DNA of 64,000 nt from Candidatus Neptunichlamydia sp. (lineage in GTDB: Bacteria > Chlamydiota > Chlamydiia > Chlamydiales > Simkaniaceae): the NCBI GenBank assembly GCA_965233865.1, contig OZ247587.1, positions 928,001-992,000 on the forward strand, given 5' to 3'. The position numbers were made by a program, and so were the translations under genes. The notes under the pieces were generated by a model that was given only the letters and a program-made list of their open reading frames with translations, searched no databases and was not told the DNA's origin. Shown piece by piece: positions 1 to 9,665 of the stretch (position 1 is the stretch's first letter; every line of letters begins with the position of its first letter).

Positions 1-540
1 TCCGACGCTGTCCGTTTTGCTGAGCTCCGCTTCGGACAAGGAAGACTCAGCAATGGAAATTTCTTTTTTGGGAATCGTATTGGATCCATGGGAGAAACAT
101 CGATCTTTGCCTGCCTTTTAGGGGCTTTTCTTTTGATTTACACACGAATAGGATCATGGAGATCTATGGCAGGGATGGCAGCTGGCGCTTATCTTTGCGC
201 CCTTCTTTTTGAGTGGGGTTCTCTCCATTTAGGTCCTCATGAAGGAGCATTTAATGCTGCAAAGTATGCATTTCCCGCCTACAAACATCTCCTTTTAGGA
301 AGCCTTGCCTTCGGATTAGTCTTTATGGCCACCGACCCCGTCTCTTCTCCTTACATAAAAGGAGCAAAGTGGATCTACGGGATCTTATGCGGAGTTCTTG
401 TCATCGTCATTCGGACCATCAACCCTGCCTTTCCAGAAGGGGTCATGTTAGCCATTTTGTTTGGAAATGTCTTTGCTCCACTCATTGATCATTATGCACT
501 CACAAGGAAATGTCGTGGTAGAAAGAAAATCCGGATTTAG
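1..540 (+). CDS. nqrB: Na+-translocating NADH:quinone reductase subunit B, C-terminal part (5' end outside window)
   Basis: Frame is open from base 1. Motifs GSMGETS, FMATDPVS and PEGVMLAILFGN; followed by nqrCDE. Confidence 0.95.
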   Translation, partial: SDAVRFAELRFGQGRLSNGNFFFGNRIGSMGETSIFACLLGAFLLIYTRIGSWRSMAGMAAGAYLCALLFEWGSLHLGPHEGAFNAAKYAFPAYKHLLLGSLAFGLVFMATDPVSSPYIKGAKWIYGILCGVLVIVIRTINPAFPEGVMLAILFGNVFAPLIDHYALTRKCRGRKKIRI

Positions 541-1357
541 CAACGCTCGCACCCTTATTTTTGTTGTGATTATTTGTACAACTTGTGCCCTAGTCCTGTC
601 AATCTTCGCTGAATTATTAAAAACTCCCCAGCAAAATGCAAAGGAGATCTACCGGAGCAAGCAACTCCTTCTTGCCGCCCGTATCTTAGATCATAAAGGA
701 TACTTTCTTCTAGATGGAAAACGAACAAATAAAGCAAAAAATCAAGAACTCTTAGAGGTATTTGAAACTAGAATTCTGACTCGACTTACAGATTTCCAAG
801 GAAAACTTTACACATTTGAAGAAGCAAGTTTGAACGAAACAGATTACCTGCTAGATCACGCAAAGCTAGGCTACTCGAAACTCCCCTATAAACTCATCTA
901 CCTTGTAAAACAAGCTGCTCCTTCTTCTACCCCCTATGGATATGTCATTCCTGTGAATGGGTATGGGCTTTGGAATGCCATTTATGGTTATTTAGGGATT
1001 GCAGCAGATGGAAATACCGTGCTTGGTATGACTTGGTATGATCAAAAAGAAACCCCTGGACTGGGCGGTGAAATCGCTCTTCCACAGTGGCAACAGCAAT
1101 TTTTAGATAAAACCATTTTCCAAAAAAAAACCGATGGATCAACTAATTTTCAAAGAGCACCCCTTGGAATTAAAGTCGTGAAAACAACCGTAGAAGAAAC
1201 ACTTGGAACAACTCCTATGGCGGATAGCGCCGTAGATGGAATTGCAGGGGCCTCCATTACGGTTACAGGAGTCAACGAAGCCCTCCGCTCTTCTCTTGAT
1301 CCTTATCGTCCCTTCCTCATCCGTGCACATAACCAAGAGGTGAAAATCGATGGTTAA
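515..1357 (+). CDS. nqrC: Na+-NQR subunit C
   Basis: N-terminal TM helix, [14 protein letters not shown] and the VDGIAGAS flavinylation motif. GTG 515 after AAGGA is preferred over the ORF-track start at 461. Confidence 0.93.
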   Translation: MVERKSGFSNARTLIFVVIICTTCALVLSIFAELLKTPQQNAKEIYRSKQLLLAARILDHKGYFLLDGKRTNKAKNQELLEVFETRILTRLTDFQGKLYTFEEASLNETDYLLDHAKLGYSKLPYKLIYLVKQAAPSSTPYGYVIPVNGYGLWNAIYGYLGIAADGNTVLGMTWYDQKETPGLGGEIALPQWQQQFLDKTIFQKKTDGSTNFQRAPLGIKVVKTTVEETLGTTPMADSAVDGIAGASITVTGVNEALRSSLDPYRPFLIRAHNQEVKIDG

Positions 1358-1988
1358 AAAGCCCTCTCTTGGCCGTTACTATACAGATCAATTGTGGAAT
1401 AATAACCAAATCCTTGTAACAATTTTAGGGATTTGTTCCGCACTTGCAGTTACAATTAAATTGAGTGTTGCGACTGTTATGGGGATTTCAGTGATTTTTG
1501 TAACAGGATTTGCTTCCCTTTTGGTCTCACTTATCCGCAAATGGACTCCTTCAAGCGTCCGGATGATTGCGCAACTTGCCATTATCTCCCTTTTTGTCAT
1601 TATCGTCGATCAAGTCCTCAAAGCCTATTTCTATGAAATGTCGCTAACACTCTCTGTTTTTGTGGGGTTGATTATCACTAACTGCCTTGTGATGGGACGA
1701 GCAGAAGCTATGGCAAAAAATAGCCTCCCCCTCCCAGCCTTTATGGATGGACTAGGAGCCGCTTCAGGATACGCCCTGATTCTTTTGGGAGTGGGTTTCA
1801 TCCGTGAACTCTTTGGTTTTGGGACCCTTTTTGATTTTCAAATCATTCCCTTAGCATGGTATGCCACTCCGCAGCATCCTGATGGTTATCTGAATTCCAA
1901 CCTGATGGCACTAGCTCCTTCTGCATTCTTTATTATTGGGGGAATGATTTGGGTTCGAAACATCATTGCAAAAGAGGGCGGTGAATAA
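1350..1988 (+). CDS. nqrD: Na+-NQR subunit D
   Basis: LGICSALAV and [13 protein letters not shown] motifs; hydrophobic. Confidence 0.95.
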   Translation: MVKKPSLGRYYTDQLWNNNQILVTILGICSALAVTIKLSVATVMGISVIFVTGFASLLVSLIRKWTPSSVRMIAQLAIISLFVIIVDQVLKAYFYEMSLTLSVFVGLIITNCLVMGRAEAMAKNSLPLPAFMDGLGAASGYALILLGVGFIRELFGFGTLFDFQIIPLAWYATPQHPDGYLNSNLMALAPSAFFIIGGMIWVRNIIAKEGGE

Positions 1989-2683
1989 TGGGTCCCTACT
2001 CCATCTTGAATTTACTAGGCCTCGCCATTCAGTCTATCTTTATTCAAAACATCCTTCTCTTTAATTTTCTAGGGATGTGTTCTTATCTTGCCTGTTCGAA
2101 CAAAATCAAAACGGCCAATGGACTCGGGATGGCCGTCTGCGTCGTGATGGCCATTTCCGGAGTGCTTAATTGGTTTGTTCATACTTATATTACAGGTGAA
2201 AATGCTCTCTCTTGGCTAGGCCACCTAGGCGTTCCCACTGAAGGCGTCAACCTTGGGTTCCTTGAATTTCTTATCTATATCTCCGTGATCGCTGCCTTTG
2301 TCCAAGTTCTCGAGATTGTGATCGACAAGTTTGCCCCAGCCCTCTATCGAGCACTAGGGATGTATCTTCCTCTCATCACTGTCAACTGCGCCATCTTAGG
2401 AGCCTCCCTCTTCGCAACAGTAAGAGCCTACCCCTTTATTCCCAACCTCATCTACGTAGCAGCCGCAGGGATAGGGTGGTGGGTCGCCATCCTTCTCATC
2501 GCTGCCATCCGAGAAAAACTTTCCTACTCTAATGCCCCTAAGGGACTTCGCGGGATGGGATTGACCTTTATCATGACAGGCCTTATTTCTTTGGCATTCA
2601 TGGGGCTTTCAGGAATCGCTCTTGACCAAATTACTGAAGATGACACCTATCCCCTCCTTATCCAAACAGAGCCATCAGAATAA
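1988..2683 (+). CDS. nqrE: Na+-NQR subunit E
   Basis: FLGMCSYLA and LPLITVNCAILG motifs. Confidence 0.95.
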   Translation: MGPYSILNLLGLAIQSIFIQNILLFNFLGMCSYLACSNKIKTANGLGMAVCVVMAISGVLNWFVHTYITGENALSWLGHLGVPTEGVNLGFLEFLIYISVIAAFVQVLEIVIDKFAPALYRALGMYLPLITVNCAILGASLFATVRAYPFIPNLIYVAAAGIGWWVAILLIAAIREKLSYSNAPKGLRGMGLTFIMTGLISLAFMGLSGIALDQITEDDTYPLLIQTEPSE

Positions 2684-2718
2684 GAACCACAGCTGCAAAA
2701 TTTAAACTTAAAACACTA

Positions 2719-3550
2719 TATAGCTAAAATATTTCGTTTTAGTTATATTTTTTTGAATGACGTATTCATTAGATTTTAGAAAAAAGGTACTGTTGATCCG
2801 AAGCACAGAAAATTTAAGTTTTTCCAAGACAGCAAAACGTTTTGGTGTAAGTGTAAATAGCATATTTCTTTGGTCTAAGAGGCTAGAGGCAAAGCGCACT
2901 AAAAATAGACCTGCAATAAAGATTGAAAGAGATCGCTTGATGGAGCGATATCAAAAAATACCCTGATGCCTTCAACTATGAACGAGCATATCGTCTCAAT
3001 GTAAGCCCTTCAGGTGTTCGTTGTGCCATGAAGCGGCTAAGAATTAGCTATAAAAAAAACACTTAACCATCCCAAGGCTTGTAAAAAGAAGAGATCTCTC
3101 TTCAGAGAAAAGATTTCAAGGTATGAATGCTTGGGAAAACCGATTGTATACATCGATGAAAGTGGGTTTGCCCATGATATGCCCCGAACGCATGGTTGCT
3201 CAAAAATAGGGGCGTTACTTGGAACAAACCTTCTTACTCTTGCACTGTTTGATTGTAATATTAATACAGATGCCTTTAGCAGTTGGGCAGAGCAAGACTT
3301 GATGCCGAAACTTCCTTCTGAAAGCGTTTTGGTTATGGATAATGCATCGTTTCATAAAAGCAAATCTATGCAAGAAAAGATCGAAGCTGCAGGCCACATC
3401 TTGGAATATTCCCCCCCATATTCCCCAGATTTAAATCCTATTGAGCATAAATGGGCACAAGCAAAATCTAAACGAAGAAAATATCAATGTGGAATTGATG
3501 AACTTTTTAAGGAATATTTCCTATAACTAAATTATATCAACTTAGCTATA
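2719..3550 (+). mobile_element. IS630-family element, degraded (832 bp)
   Basis: 29-bp imperfect terminal IRs: TATAGCTAA...TTTAGTTATA at 2719-2747 and its complement at 3522-3550, with TA ends. HTH ORF MTYSLDFRKK and DDE ORF (IDESGF, MDNASFH, PYSPDLNPIE). A8 tract at 3052-3059 at the ORF junction; extra frameshift near 2945. Confidence 0.93.
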
Positions 3551-3660
3551 TGCAGTCCATTCAGTATCAACCTAAGTTTTGTAAATAAAAAATTAAAAAA
3601 GAAAAAGGTTATTGATGATATGCTTTGTGCAAAGAATTCTAACTCGAAAGTTTAGAAAGC

Positions 3661-4029
3661 CTATTCTTCTGGAAGCAGCGATCCTAAAACTAATTTTTTG
3701 TAATCCTCCGCTGCATAAAGCGATTTGATTTCTTCTGGGTTAGATGGCACAATCTCAAAAAGATATCCTTCCTTTTCAGGAAACTGATTGAGCAAATTCA
3801 CATCTTCTTTTAGCTTCATATTAACAGCCGTAACGATCCCTGAAATGGGGCTGTAGATGTCAGCTGCTGCCTTAGTAGACTCTAGGACTGCTATTTCTTC
3901 CCCAGCTTCTACTTGTTGCCCAACTTTAGGAAGCTCGATATAAACAATTTCCCCAAGCTCCTGTTGAGCATATTTAGAGATTCCCACTTTTCCAGCTAAG
4001 TACCATTCATGTGTATCTGTATACTTCAT
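3661..4029 (-). CDS. gcvH: Glycine cleavage H-like lipoyl carrier protein
   Basis: YTDTHEW and ESTKAAADIYSPISG (lipoyl Lys). ATG 4029 overlaps the upstream stop. Confidence 0.93.
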   Translation of the reverse strand: MKYTDTHEWYLAGKVGISKYAQQELGEIVYIELPKVGQQVEAGEEIAVLESTKAAADIYSPISGIVTAVNMKLKEDVNLLNQFPEKEGYLFEIVPSNPEEIKSLYAAEDYKKLVLGSLLPEE

Positions 4030-4625
4030 CTTATAAGCTCCATTGAGGCCCAAAGGGCGGGGTGTTTTTCAAGATTAAAATAATCCGAGGAAAGGTTAAA
4101 GTGTTCCTTTTCTCCATTTTTTCGCTTAAAGCGGTAGCAAAATCCGAGGCGCTTAAACTCTACCGGATCATACCCATATAGAAGCTCTTTAGGAAGGGCG
4201 ATTTCAACCCTATATGAGCTCCTCTTCACTTCTGTCTTCATTGTAATAACATCAGAATCTGCCAATTCATGGCTATCTTCGCCTCGAAAACGGGTCACTT
4301 CAATTCCAGTCTCTTCCTCTAAATCAAACGAGAAGTGGTGGCAAAATCGGGTGATGACATTGGATGTCTTAAGATCTCGGGTATCTATAAACAGCTCTAG
4401 CTGATCCCCACTCTCTATTCCCAGTTTGCATCCCATCTCCACATAGATTCCCACAGGGCTCCACAAGAGAGCCAGCGAAATGAGATTTCCTTCTCCAGTC
4501 AGACTTGTGGTATTAGGAAGAAGCCCCTTCTTAAACTGCCGCTTCTTTTCTGCTTTGGAGATTTTCCCTCTCACTTCAAAAAAGGCCGCTGGACTTAAAG
4601 GTTTAAGGTCTTTCAAAACTGACAT
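4026..4625 (-). CDS. Hypothetical protein, possibly DOMON/CBM9-like beta fold
   Basis: 199-aa ORF coupled to both neighbours. DQLELFIDT and YRVEIALP resemble CBM9-like motifs. Confidence 0.7.
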   Translation of the reverse strand: MSVLKDLKPLSPAAFFEVRGKISKAEKKRQFKKGLLPNTTSLTGEGNLISLALLWSPVGIYVEMGCKLGIESGDQLELFIDTRDLKTSNVITRFCHHFSFDLEEETGIEVTRFRGEDSHELADSDVITMKTEVKRSSYRVEIALPKELLYGYDPVEFKRLGFCYRFKRKNGEKEHFNLSSDYFNLEKHPALWASMELIR

Positions 4626-6999
4626 CGTTAAGCTTTATTGCATTTTTTTTCTGAATCCGCTTAATCAAATCGGTCATGAGGTGGCGCTCCGCCTCTTTTG
4701 ATAGAATCGTTTGTCCTTGCTTCATTTCTGCATTGAAATTCCCACTAGGAACTAATTTCTTCTGAAGCTGGAAAAACGAAAGACGATTTTCAGAGCGATG
4801 CTCCACATTAGACCAGCTCTTTTCTATCATTGAAAAGAGCTCCAAAGAAAACCAAGGACTACGCTCATGGTTTTTGAACATTGTATTTTCTTTTACAAGG
4901 GACCATTGGGAGCTGAGATCTTCCTTTACTCCAAGCTTTCCATCTTCTTTAAAAGCCTCTGTTTGCTTCAAGAATTGACTCCCCTCACCAACCCTACGAA
5001 TGTCCTTTTCTGCCACCATCATATGTGGAAAAAGGCGGTGCTTAGGGTAAAATTCGTCAAGCCTTGCAAATCGGTCCTCAGGAAGTTCAACCCCAAGTTG
5101 CGACATTTGAAAATCAATCTTCCTTAAGGTATCTGCAAAGAGGATCCGACCCACTTCTTTCTCCACCTCGCTTAAAGGCTTCCAATCGTTTTCTTCTGTT
5201 TTGAAAACAGCAGGATTTTTGATCCGCACTTTAGGGTAAGATGTCTCCAAATGCATTTGAAGCAATGTGTCTAAAATTCCGCGTTCGCTTGCTTCCTCAA
5301 AGGTTAAAACCATTCGAGTGAGATCCCGATCCACTACTTGAAAGCGGTAATAGATTTCTCCATCCCCTGTAAATAGTTCCAACTGATTTTTTGCTGCAAG
5401 AGCTTCAGGATCGCTATCGAGTTCCCCCTTTAGCACTGCTATAGAAAATAAGTTAGAAAGTTTTTTGCTAGACTCTATTCCTTCAAAAGGAGAGTTTCTT
5501 CCACTCGGTGAAAAACTCACAGTGCGCAAATTTATATGCTTTTGGTTGAGCGCTTCTTGAATCCATTCAGGGTGATTTTCAACAATCCTTCCTCTTGAAA
5601 ATCTGTCGATCTTTCCGCGAAGTTCAGGTCCTAATTCTTCAAGCGCTGCAAAATATTCTCCTGCATCTTTAGCATTTTTAAGTTTCAATTGTGGAAACTC
5701 TTTTGTTAAAAGTGCAAAATTCTCTTCCTCAAGCTGCCACTCCCATGTTTCTTTAAGACTCACACCAAGAGCAACTTCATCCTTTTTTACTTCAGCAATT
5801 TCTACCAAAAACCGCTGTTCAATAAGCTCAGGGGAGATTTTTTCAATCTCACTAGCACTTGTAAATGTTTCTGGAAGTATCAACCCTTCCCTTCGGTTTT
5901 GCGAAACTTGATCAAGATAGAGCTCGAGTTTCATCAAGGTAGAGAAATCTTTGATATCCAAAGAACCGGGCAAATGATACAAATCCACTTCAGCTGTCTT
6001 CGAAGCGAAACTATAGAATGCCTCGTAGACATGAGGGTCAACAAAAACAGCTCCACCTACATCTTCAAATAAGCGGCGAAATAGCATAATTTTTTGCCAC
6101 ACTCCAACAGCTTCTTTTTCATTCATCCCAAGAGAGTGTAGCTGCTGCTGCCAAAGCTGCGAGATTTCTTCTTCAGAAACCTCTGATTTTCGAAGCTGCG
6201 TTTGCATTGATTCGTAACCATTACGAATCAAATCAACACGCGCTTCTTCAAAGCTAACTTTATATCCTTGCTCCTTGGCAATAAGCTCTGCATTGATCAC
6301 AAACTGGGCCACCAGCTCAATAAACTGAGGGCCAAACCACTCTTCTAAGCTCCGACAATGAAAAACATTTAAGTTCACTCTTTCTAATGCTGGGTCAGGC
6401 TTAATCCAGTTGTAGTGCTTTTGCTGGAACATTAAATATTCACGTAGAATGTTTGGAGGAAATGCAGATTCTCCGAGATACAAATTCACAAGAAGCCCAA
6501 AAGAATCCGGATTCACTTCTCCAGTCGTATCCAAAAAAGCATCCAAATAAGCTTTCTGCGAAGGTAGAACTTGTGACCACATATTTTCTACGCTGATAAA
6601 AGGGGCTGTCGGATGACGATAAGGATGAAACGCCTTATGGTGGGTCATGCGCTCGTTAAGGTTTTCTTTCAAATCTTCAAAATAAGCATGCGCGAGCAAT
6701 ACTCCAATACCGGTTCCCAAAAGATCCTTTCTTACTACCCCATCATTGAAAAAGTTGGGCATCATTCCTTTTTCCGTAAGCGCTAAATCATTTCGATCAC
6801 TCGATAAGAAGCGAACCATATGGCCCAGCTCACTTTTCATAATTTTTGATCCATCGACCCCTTGGCAAATACAACTATTCTCAGCTTTTTGAGGAGCATT
6901 GGTTGCACTATGCGTTCCGAAAAAGGAAAAGGAAATGACGATGACAACAGCGATAACGATAAAAAAATAACGTTGGTATTTGCGAAAAAATTCCAGCAT
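4603..6999 (-). CDS. Conserved chlamydial membrane-anchored protein with SurA/PpiD-like N-terminus (CT283-like)
   Basis: 798 aa starting MLEFFRKYQ plus a TM anchor, as in PpiD-type N-termini; next to gcvH. Confidence 0.7.
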   Translation of the reverse strand: MLEFFRKYQRYFFIVIAVVIVISFSFFGTHSATNAPQKAENSCICQGVDGSKIMKSELGHMVRFLSSDRNDLALTEKGMMPNFFNDGVVRKDLLGTGIGVLLAHAYFEDLKENLNERMTHHKAFHPYRHPTAPFISVENMWSQVLPSQKAYLDAFLDTTGEVNPDSFGLLVNLYLGESAFPPNILREYLMFQQKHYNWIKPDPALERVNLNVFHCRSLEEWFGPQFIELVAQFVINAELIAKEQGYKVSFEEARVDLIRNGYESMQTQLRKSEVSEEEISQLWQQQLHSLGMNEKEAVGVWQKIMLFRRLFEDVGGAVFVDPHVYEAFYSFASKTAEVDLYHLPGSLDIKDFSTLMKLELYLDQVSQNRREGLILPETFTSASEIEKISPELIEQRFLVEIAEVKKDEVALGVSLKETWEWQLEEENFALLTKEFPQLKLKNAKDAGEYFAALEELGPELRGKIDRFSRGRIVENHPEWIQEALNQKHINLRTVSFSPSGRNSPFEGIESSKKLSNLFSIAVLKGELDSDPEALAAKNQLELFTGDGEIYYRFQVVDRDLTRMVLTFEEASERGILDTLLQMHLETSYPKVRIKNPAVFKTEENDWKPLSEVEKEVGRILFADTLRKIDFQMSQLGVELPEDRFARLDEFYPKHRLFPHMMVAEKDIRRVGEGSQFLKQTEAFKEDGKLGVKEDLSSQWSLVKENTMFKNHERSPWFSLELFSMIEKSWSNVEHRSENRLSFFQLQKKLVPSGNFNAEMKQGQTILSKEAERHLMTDLIKRIQKKNAIKLNDVSFERP

Positions 7000-7220
7000 A
7001 ATAGCTCTTCCAATAGATTATAAAACAACCCATCGTACCAAACCCTCTCCTTTCCCGCAACATCCCTCAAACAATTCCAGCAGCTCCCGGGAAATGTGTG
7101 GGATGAGGAAAGTGTAGATTTTTTTTAACGTCAAAAATATACACCCTCTTGAACCTTATTTTTTATGAAGTATCTAGAAGGAAATTTTAACCCAAAAACA
7201 GCGAGCTATAGTTGACTTTA

Positions 7221-7258
7221 GTAGTATTCTCTAATTGTGCGCAATTAGAGAATACTAC
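7221..7258. repeat. Perfect 17-bp inverted repeat just downstream of proS
   Basis: GTAGTATTCTCTAATTG-tgcg-CAATTAGAGAATACTAC. Confidence 0.85.
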
Positions 7259-7262
7259 CTTA

Positions 7263-8759
7263 CTAATAGGATTTTGCGAAGAGGACTCTTTGGGAGCTCA
7301 GATTGCCGGTAAATGGGCATGTCCCTTCTTCTTTAGGCCCGTCTAATGGGATACACCGGATAGTCACACTCAAGTCTTTTTGAACCATTTTCTCAACTGC
7401 AGGCTCTCCTGACCAGTGGCAGCTTGCAAAACCCGTGTCCTTTTTAAAGAAGTTATAGAATTCCTCTTTGGTGTTGATCTCTTTAACGCGGCTATCACGA
7501 AAAGCCTTTGCTTTTTGATAGAGGTCCTTTTGGATCTTCTCAAGTTGATCAACAACAGAGTTAAGAAGTTCTTCTTCTGATTGCTTTTCGAAATCCTTAT
7601 GCCCTTTATTTCTTTTAGCAATAGAAAGCTGATTTTGCTCCAGCTCGCGAGGCCCTATTTCAATCCGGATCGGCACCCCTTTCTTAATCCAAGACCAAAC
7701 CTTCTCCCCGCTCCGCATATCGCGATCATCAAGATGAACAGTAAGAGGGTCTTCGCAGTAATGAATCGCCTGCAATTTCTTCTTAAGCTCGCAGCAATAG
7801 GAAAGAACTTTTTCCTTAGCTTCGGGGTTATGAACCAGAGGAAGAATCACGATCTGAGCTGAAGCTATACGAGGAGGGAGAACCAGGCCATCGTCATCCC
7901 CATGCACCATCACCATTCCTCCAATCATGCGCGTAGTTACCCCCCAAGAGGTTGTCCAGGCAGGCACTTGATTTCCTTCCTTATCTTGAAAGATAATATC
8001 CTGTGCTTTGGAAAAGTTTTGGCCAAGAAAGTGGGAAGTCCCCCCTTGCAAGGCCTTTCCATCTTGCATCATAGCTTCGAAGGTGAAGGTCGCAACGGCC
8101 CCTGGAAAGCGTTCGCTCTCGGTTTTCTCTCCTTTAAAGACAGGAATTGCAAGCTTGTTTTCTACAAAATCGACGTAGATATCAAGCATTCGACGGGTTT
8201 CTTCCCGCGCTTCTTCTTCTGTAGCATGCGCGGTGTGCCCTTCTTGCCAAAGGAATTCTGCTGTACGTAGGAACAAACGTGTGCGCATCTCCCAACGAAC
8301 AACGTTTGCCCACTGGTTGATGAGAAGAGGCAAGTCGCGATGAGACTCTATCCACCTAGAGAACATATCACCGATGATCATCTCAGAAGTAGGCCGCACA
8401 ATGAGAGGTTCTTCTAGTTCTCCATCAGGAACAAGTTTTCCATCCTCACCTTGCACCAAGCGATGATGGGTCACAACCGCGCACTCTTTAGCAAACCCTT
8501 CGACGTGCTTTGCTTCTTTTTCCAAATAACTCAATGGAATAAAAAGAGGAAAGTAAGCGTTTTGATGTCCCGTTTCTTTGAACCGGCGATCCAAGATCTG
8601 TTGGATATTTTCCCACAGAGCATAACCCCAAGGTTTGATGACCATGCATCCTCTCACGGGAGAGTGTTCGGCAAGTTCTGCCACCTTGATCACTTGTTGA
8701 TACCATTCTGGATAATCTTCTTCCCGTGTTGGATTCACGGCAGTCCTTGGCTTATTCAT
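7263..8759 (-). CDS. proS: Proline--tRNA ligase, archaeal/eukaryote type
   Basis: VRPTSE, QWANVVRWE, FLWQEGHT, TTSWG and C-terminal FAKSY. ATG 8759 overlaps the upstream TGA. Confidence 0.96.
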   Translation of the reverse strand: MNKPRTAVNPTREEDYPEWYQQVIKVAELAEHSPVRGCMVIKPWGYALWENIQQILDRRFKETGHQNAYFPLFIPLSYLEKEAKHVEGFAKECAVVTHHRLVQGEDGKLVPDGELEEPLIVRPTSEMIIGDMFSRWIESHRDLPLLINQWANVVRWEMRTRLFLRTAEFLWQEGHTAHATEEEAREETRRMLDIYVDFVENKLAIPVFKGEKTESERFPGAVATFTFEAMMQDGKALQGGTSHFLGQNFSKAQDIIFQDKEGNQVPAWTTSWGVTTRMIGGMVMVHGDDDGLVLPPRIASAQIVILPLVHNPEAKEKVLSYCCELKKKLQAIHYCEDPLTVHLDDRDMRSGEKVWSWIKKGVPIRIEIGPRELEQNQLSIAKRNKGHKDFEKQSEEELLNSVVDQLEKIQKDLYQKAKAFRDSRVKEINTKEEFYNFFKKDTGFASCHWSGEPAVEKMVQKDLSVTIRCIPLDGPKEEGTCPFTGNLSSQRVLFAKSY

Positions 8760-9460
8760 TTTGTCAGTTCCTTCTGAAGTTGGTGTTTGAGAGTTTCCCT
8801 CACCTGCATTAGATCGTTTTGAGTCCATCCTTTCCCTAAAATAGAGAAGGTATTGGAAAGCATTGCTTCCTGGACTTGGGTATTAGGAAGGAGGATAGAG
8901 TTTAGAAAGTTTTCTTTAGGAAGGGCTATTGCAATGCTTCCTTGGTGGAGATATCCTTGTTTTCGCCGTCTTTGGGACGCTCCGGCCACTTTCCTCCCCT
9001 CTAGCATCACATCATAGATTGTGGGCTTAGCCATACAGAAGTGACGACAACTCTCGTCGAGAGGGGTCGGATCCTCTGGGAGAAGGGAAAGGCCATCTTC
9101 AAAAAAAGTCTTCACTCCTCTTTTAACCGCAGTATTGATAAAATCATAGTTGTCGAGTGTGCTAAGTGAGAAATGAGGATGATCTGCGGGGACTAAGACT
9201 GAAAAAGCTAAGTCGCTGACATGAAATATGATCCCACCACCGGTAGGGCGCCGGGCTAAAGAAAGGCCCATTTGACCTGCTGCCTCTAAGTCTAGGAACT
9301 TGCCCGGATCTACAAAATAGCCATGAGTCGCCGCATCCCCCTCCCAGTCATAGAAGTGGAGAATAGGAGCGTCGCTTGGCTGCATTTTTTCAAGAAGGGC
9401 CCGGTCAATTTCCATGTTTTTTTGAGCAGAAGCGGTGCCGGTATTTAAAATTTTCCACAT
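8756..9460 (-). CDS. Lipoate--protein ligase / octanoyltransferase family protein
   Basis: NMEIDRALL, RRPTGGG and KVAGASQ...QGSI motifs; near gcvH. Confidence 0.9.
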   Translation of the reverse strand: MWKILNTGTASAQKNMEIDRALLEKMQPSDAPILHFYDWEGDAATHGYFVDPGKFLDLEAAGQMGLSLARRPTGGGIIFHVSDLAFSVLVPADHPHFSLSTLDNYDFINTAVKRGVKTFFEDGLSLLPEDPTPLDESCRHFCMAKPTIYDVMLEGRKVAGASQRRRKQGYLHQGSIAIALPKENFLNSILLPNTQVQEAMLSNTFSILGKGWTQNDLMQVRETLKHQLQKELTK

Positions 9461-9665
9461 TGCTAATCACACCTGGTAAAGAGGTTAAAACGTACCAGAA
9501 AAGGAGATAAAAAAACAGGGCACAATTTAAATTCCCAAAAAAATAATAACATGGGCAGAATACGAATTATAGAAGGGAAACATATTCACTTGATTAGTTT
9601 GGCTTAAAATATTAATCTTTAATAAGATTAGTGTTTCAATTTAGACTAATAAAACCACGGGCATC

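Noticed and set aside
1..2683. nqrF missing after nqrE
   Set aside because: In Chlamydiae nqrA and nqrF are, as I recall, encoded separately, so this is not unusual.
3661..4029. gcvH without gcvP/gcvT
   Set aside because: A stand-alone H protein near a lipoate ligase is the usual chlamydial arrangement.
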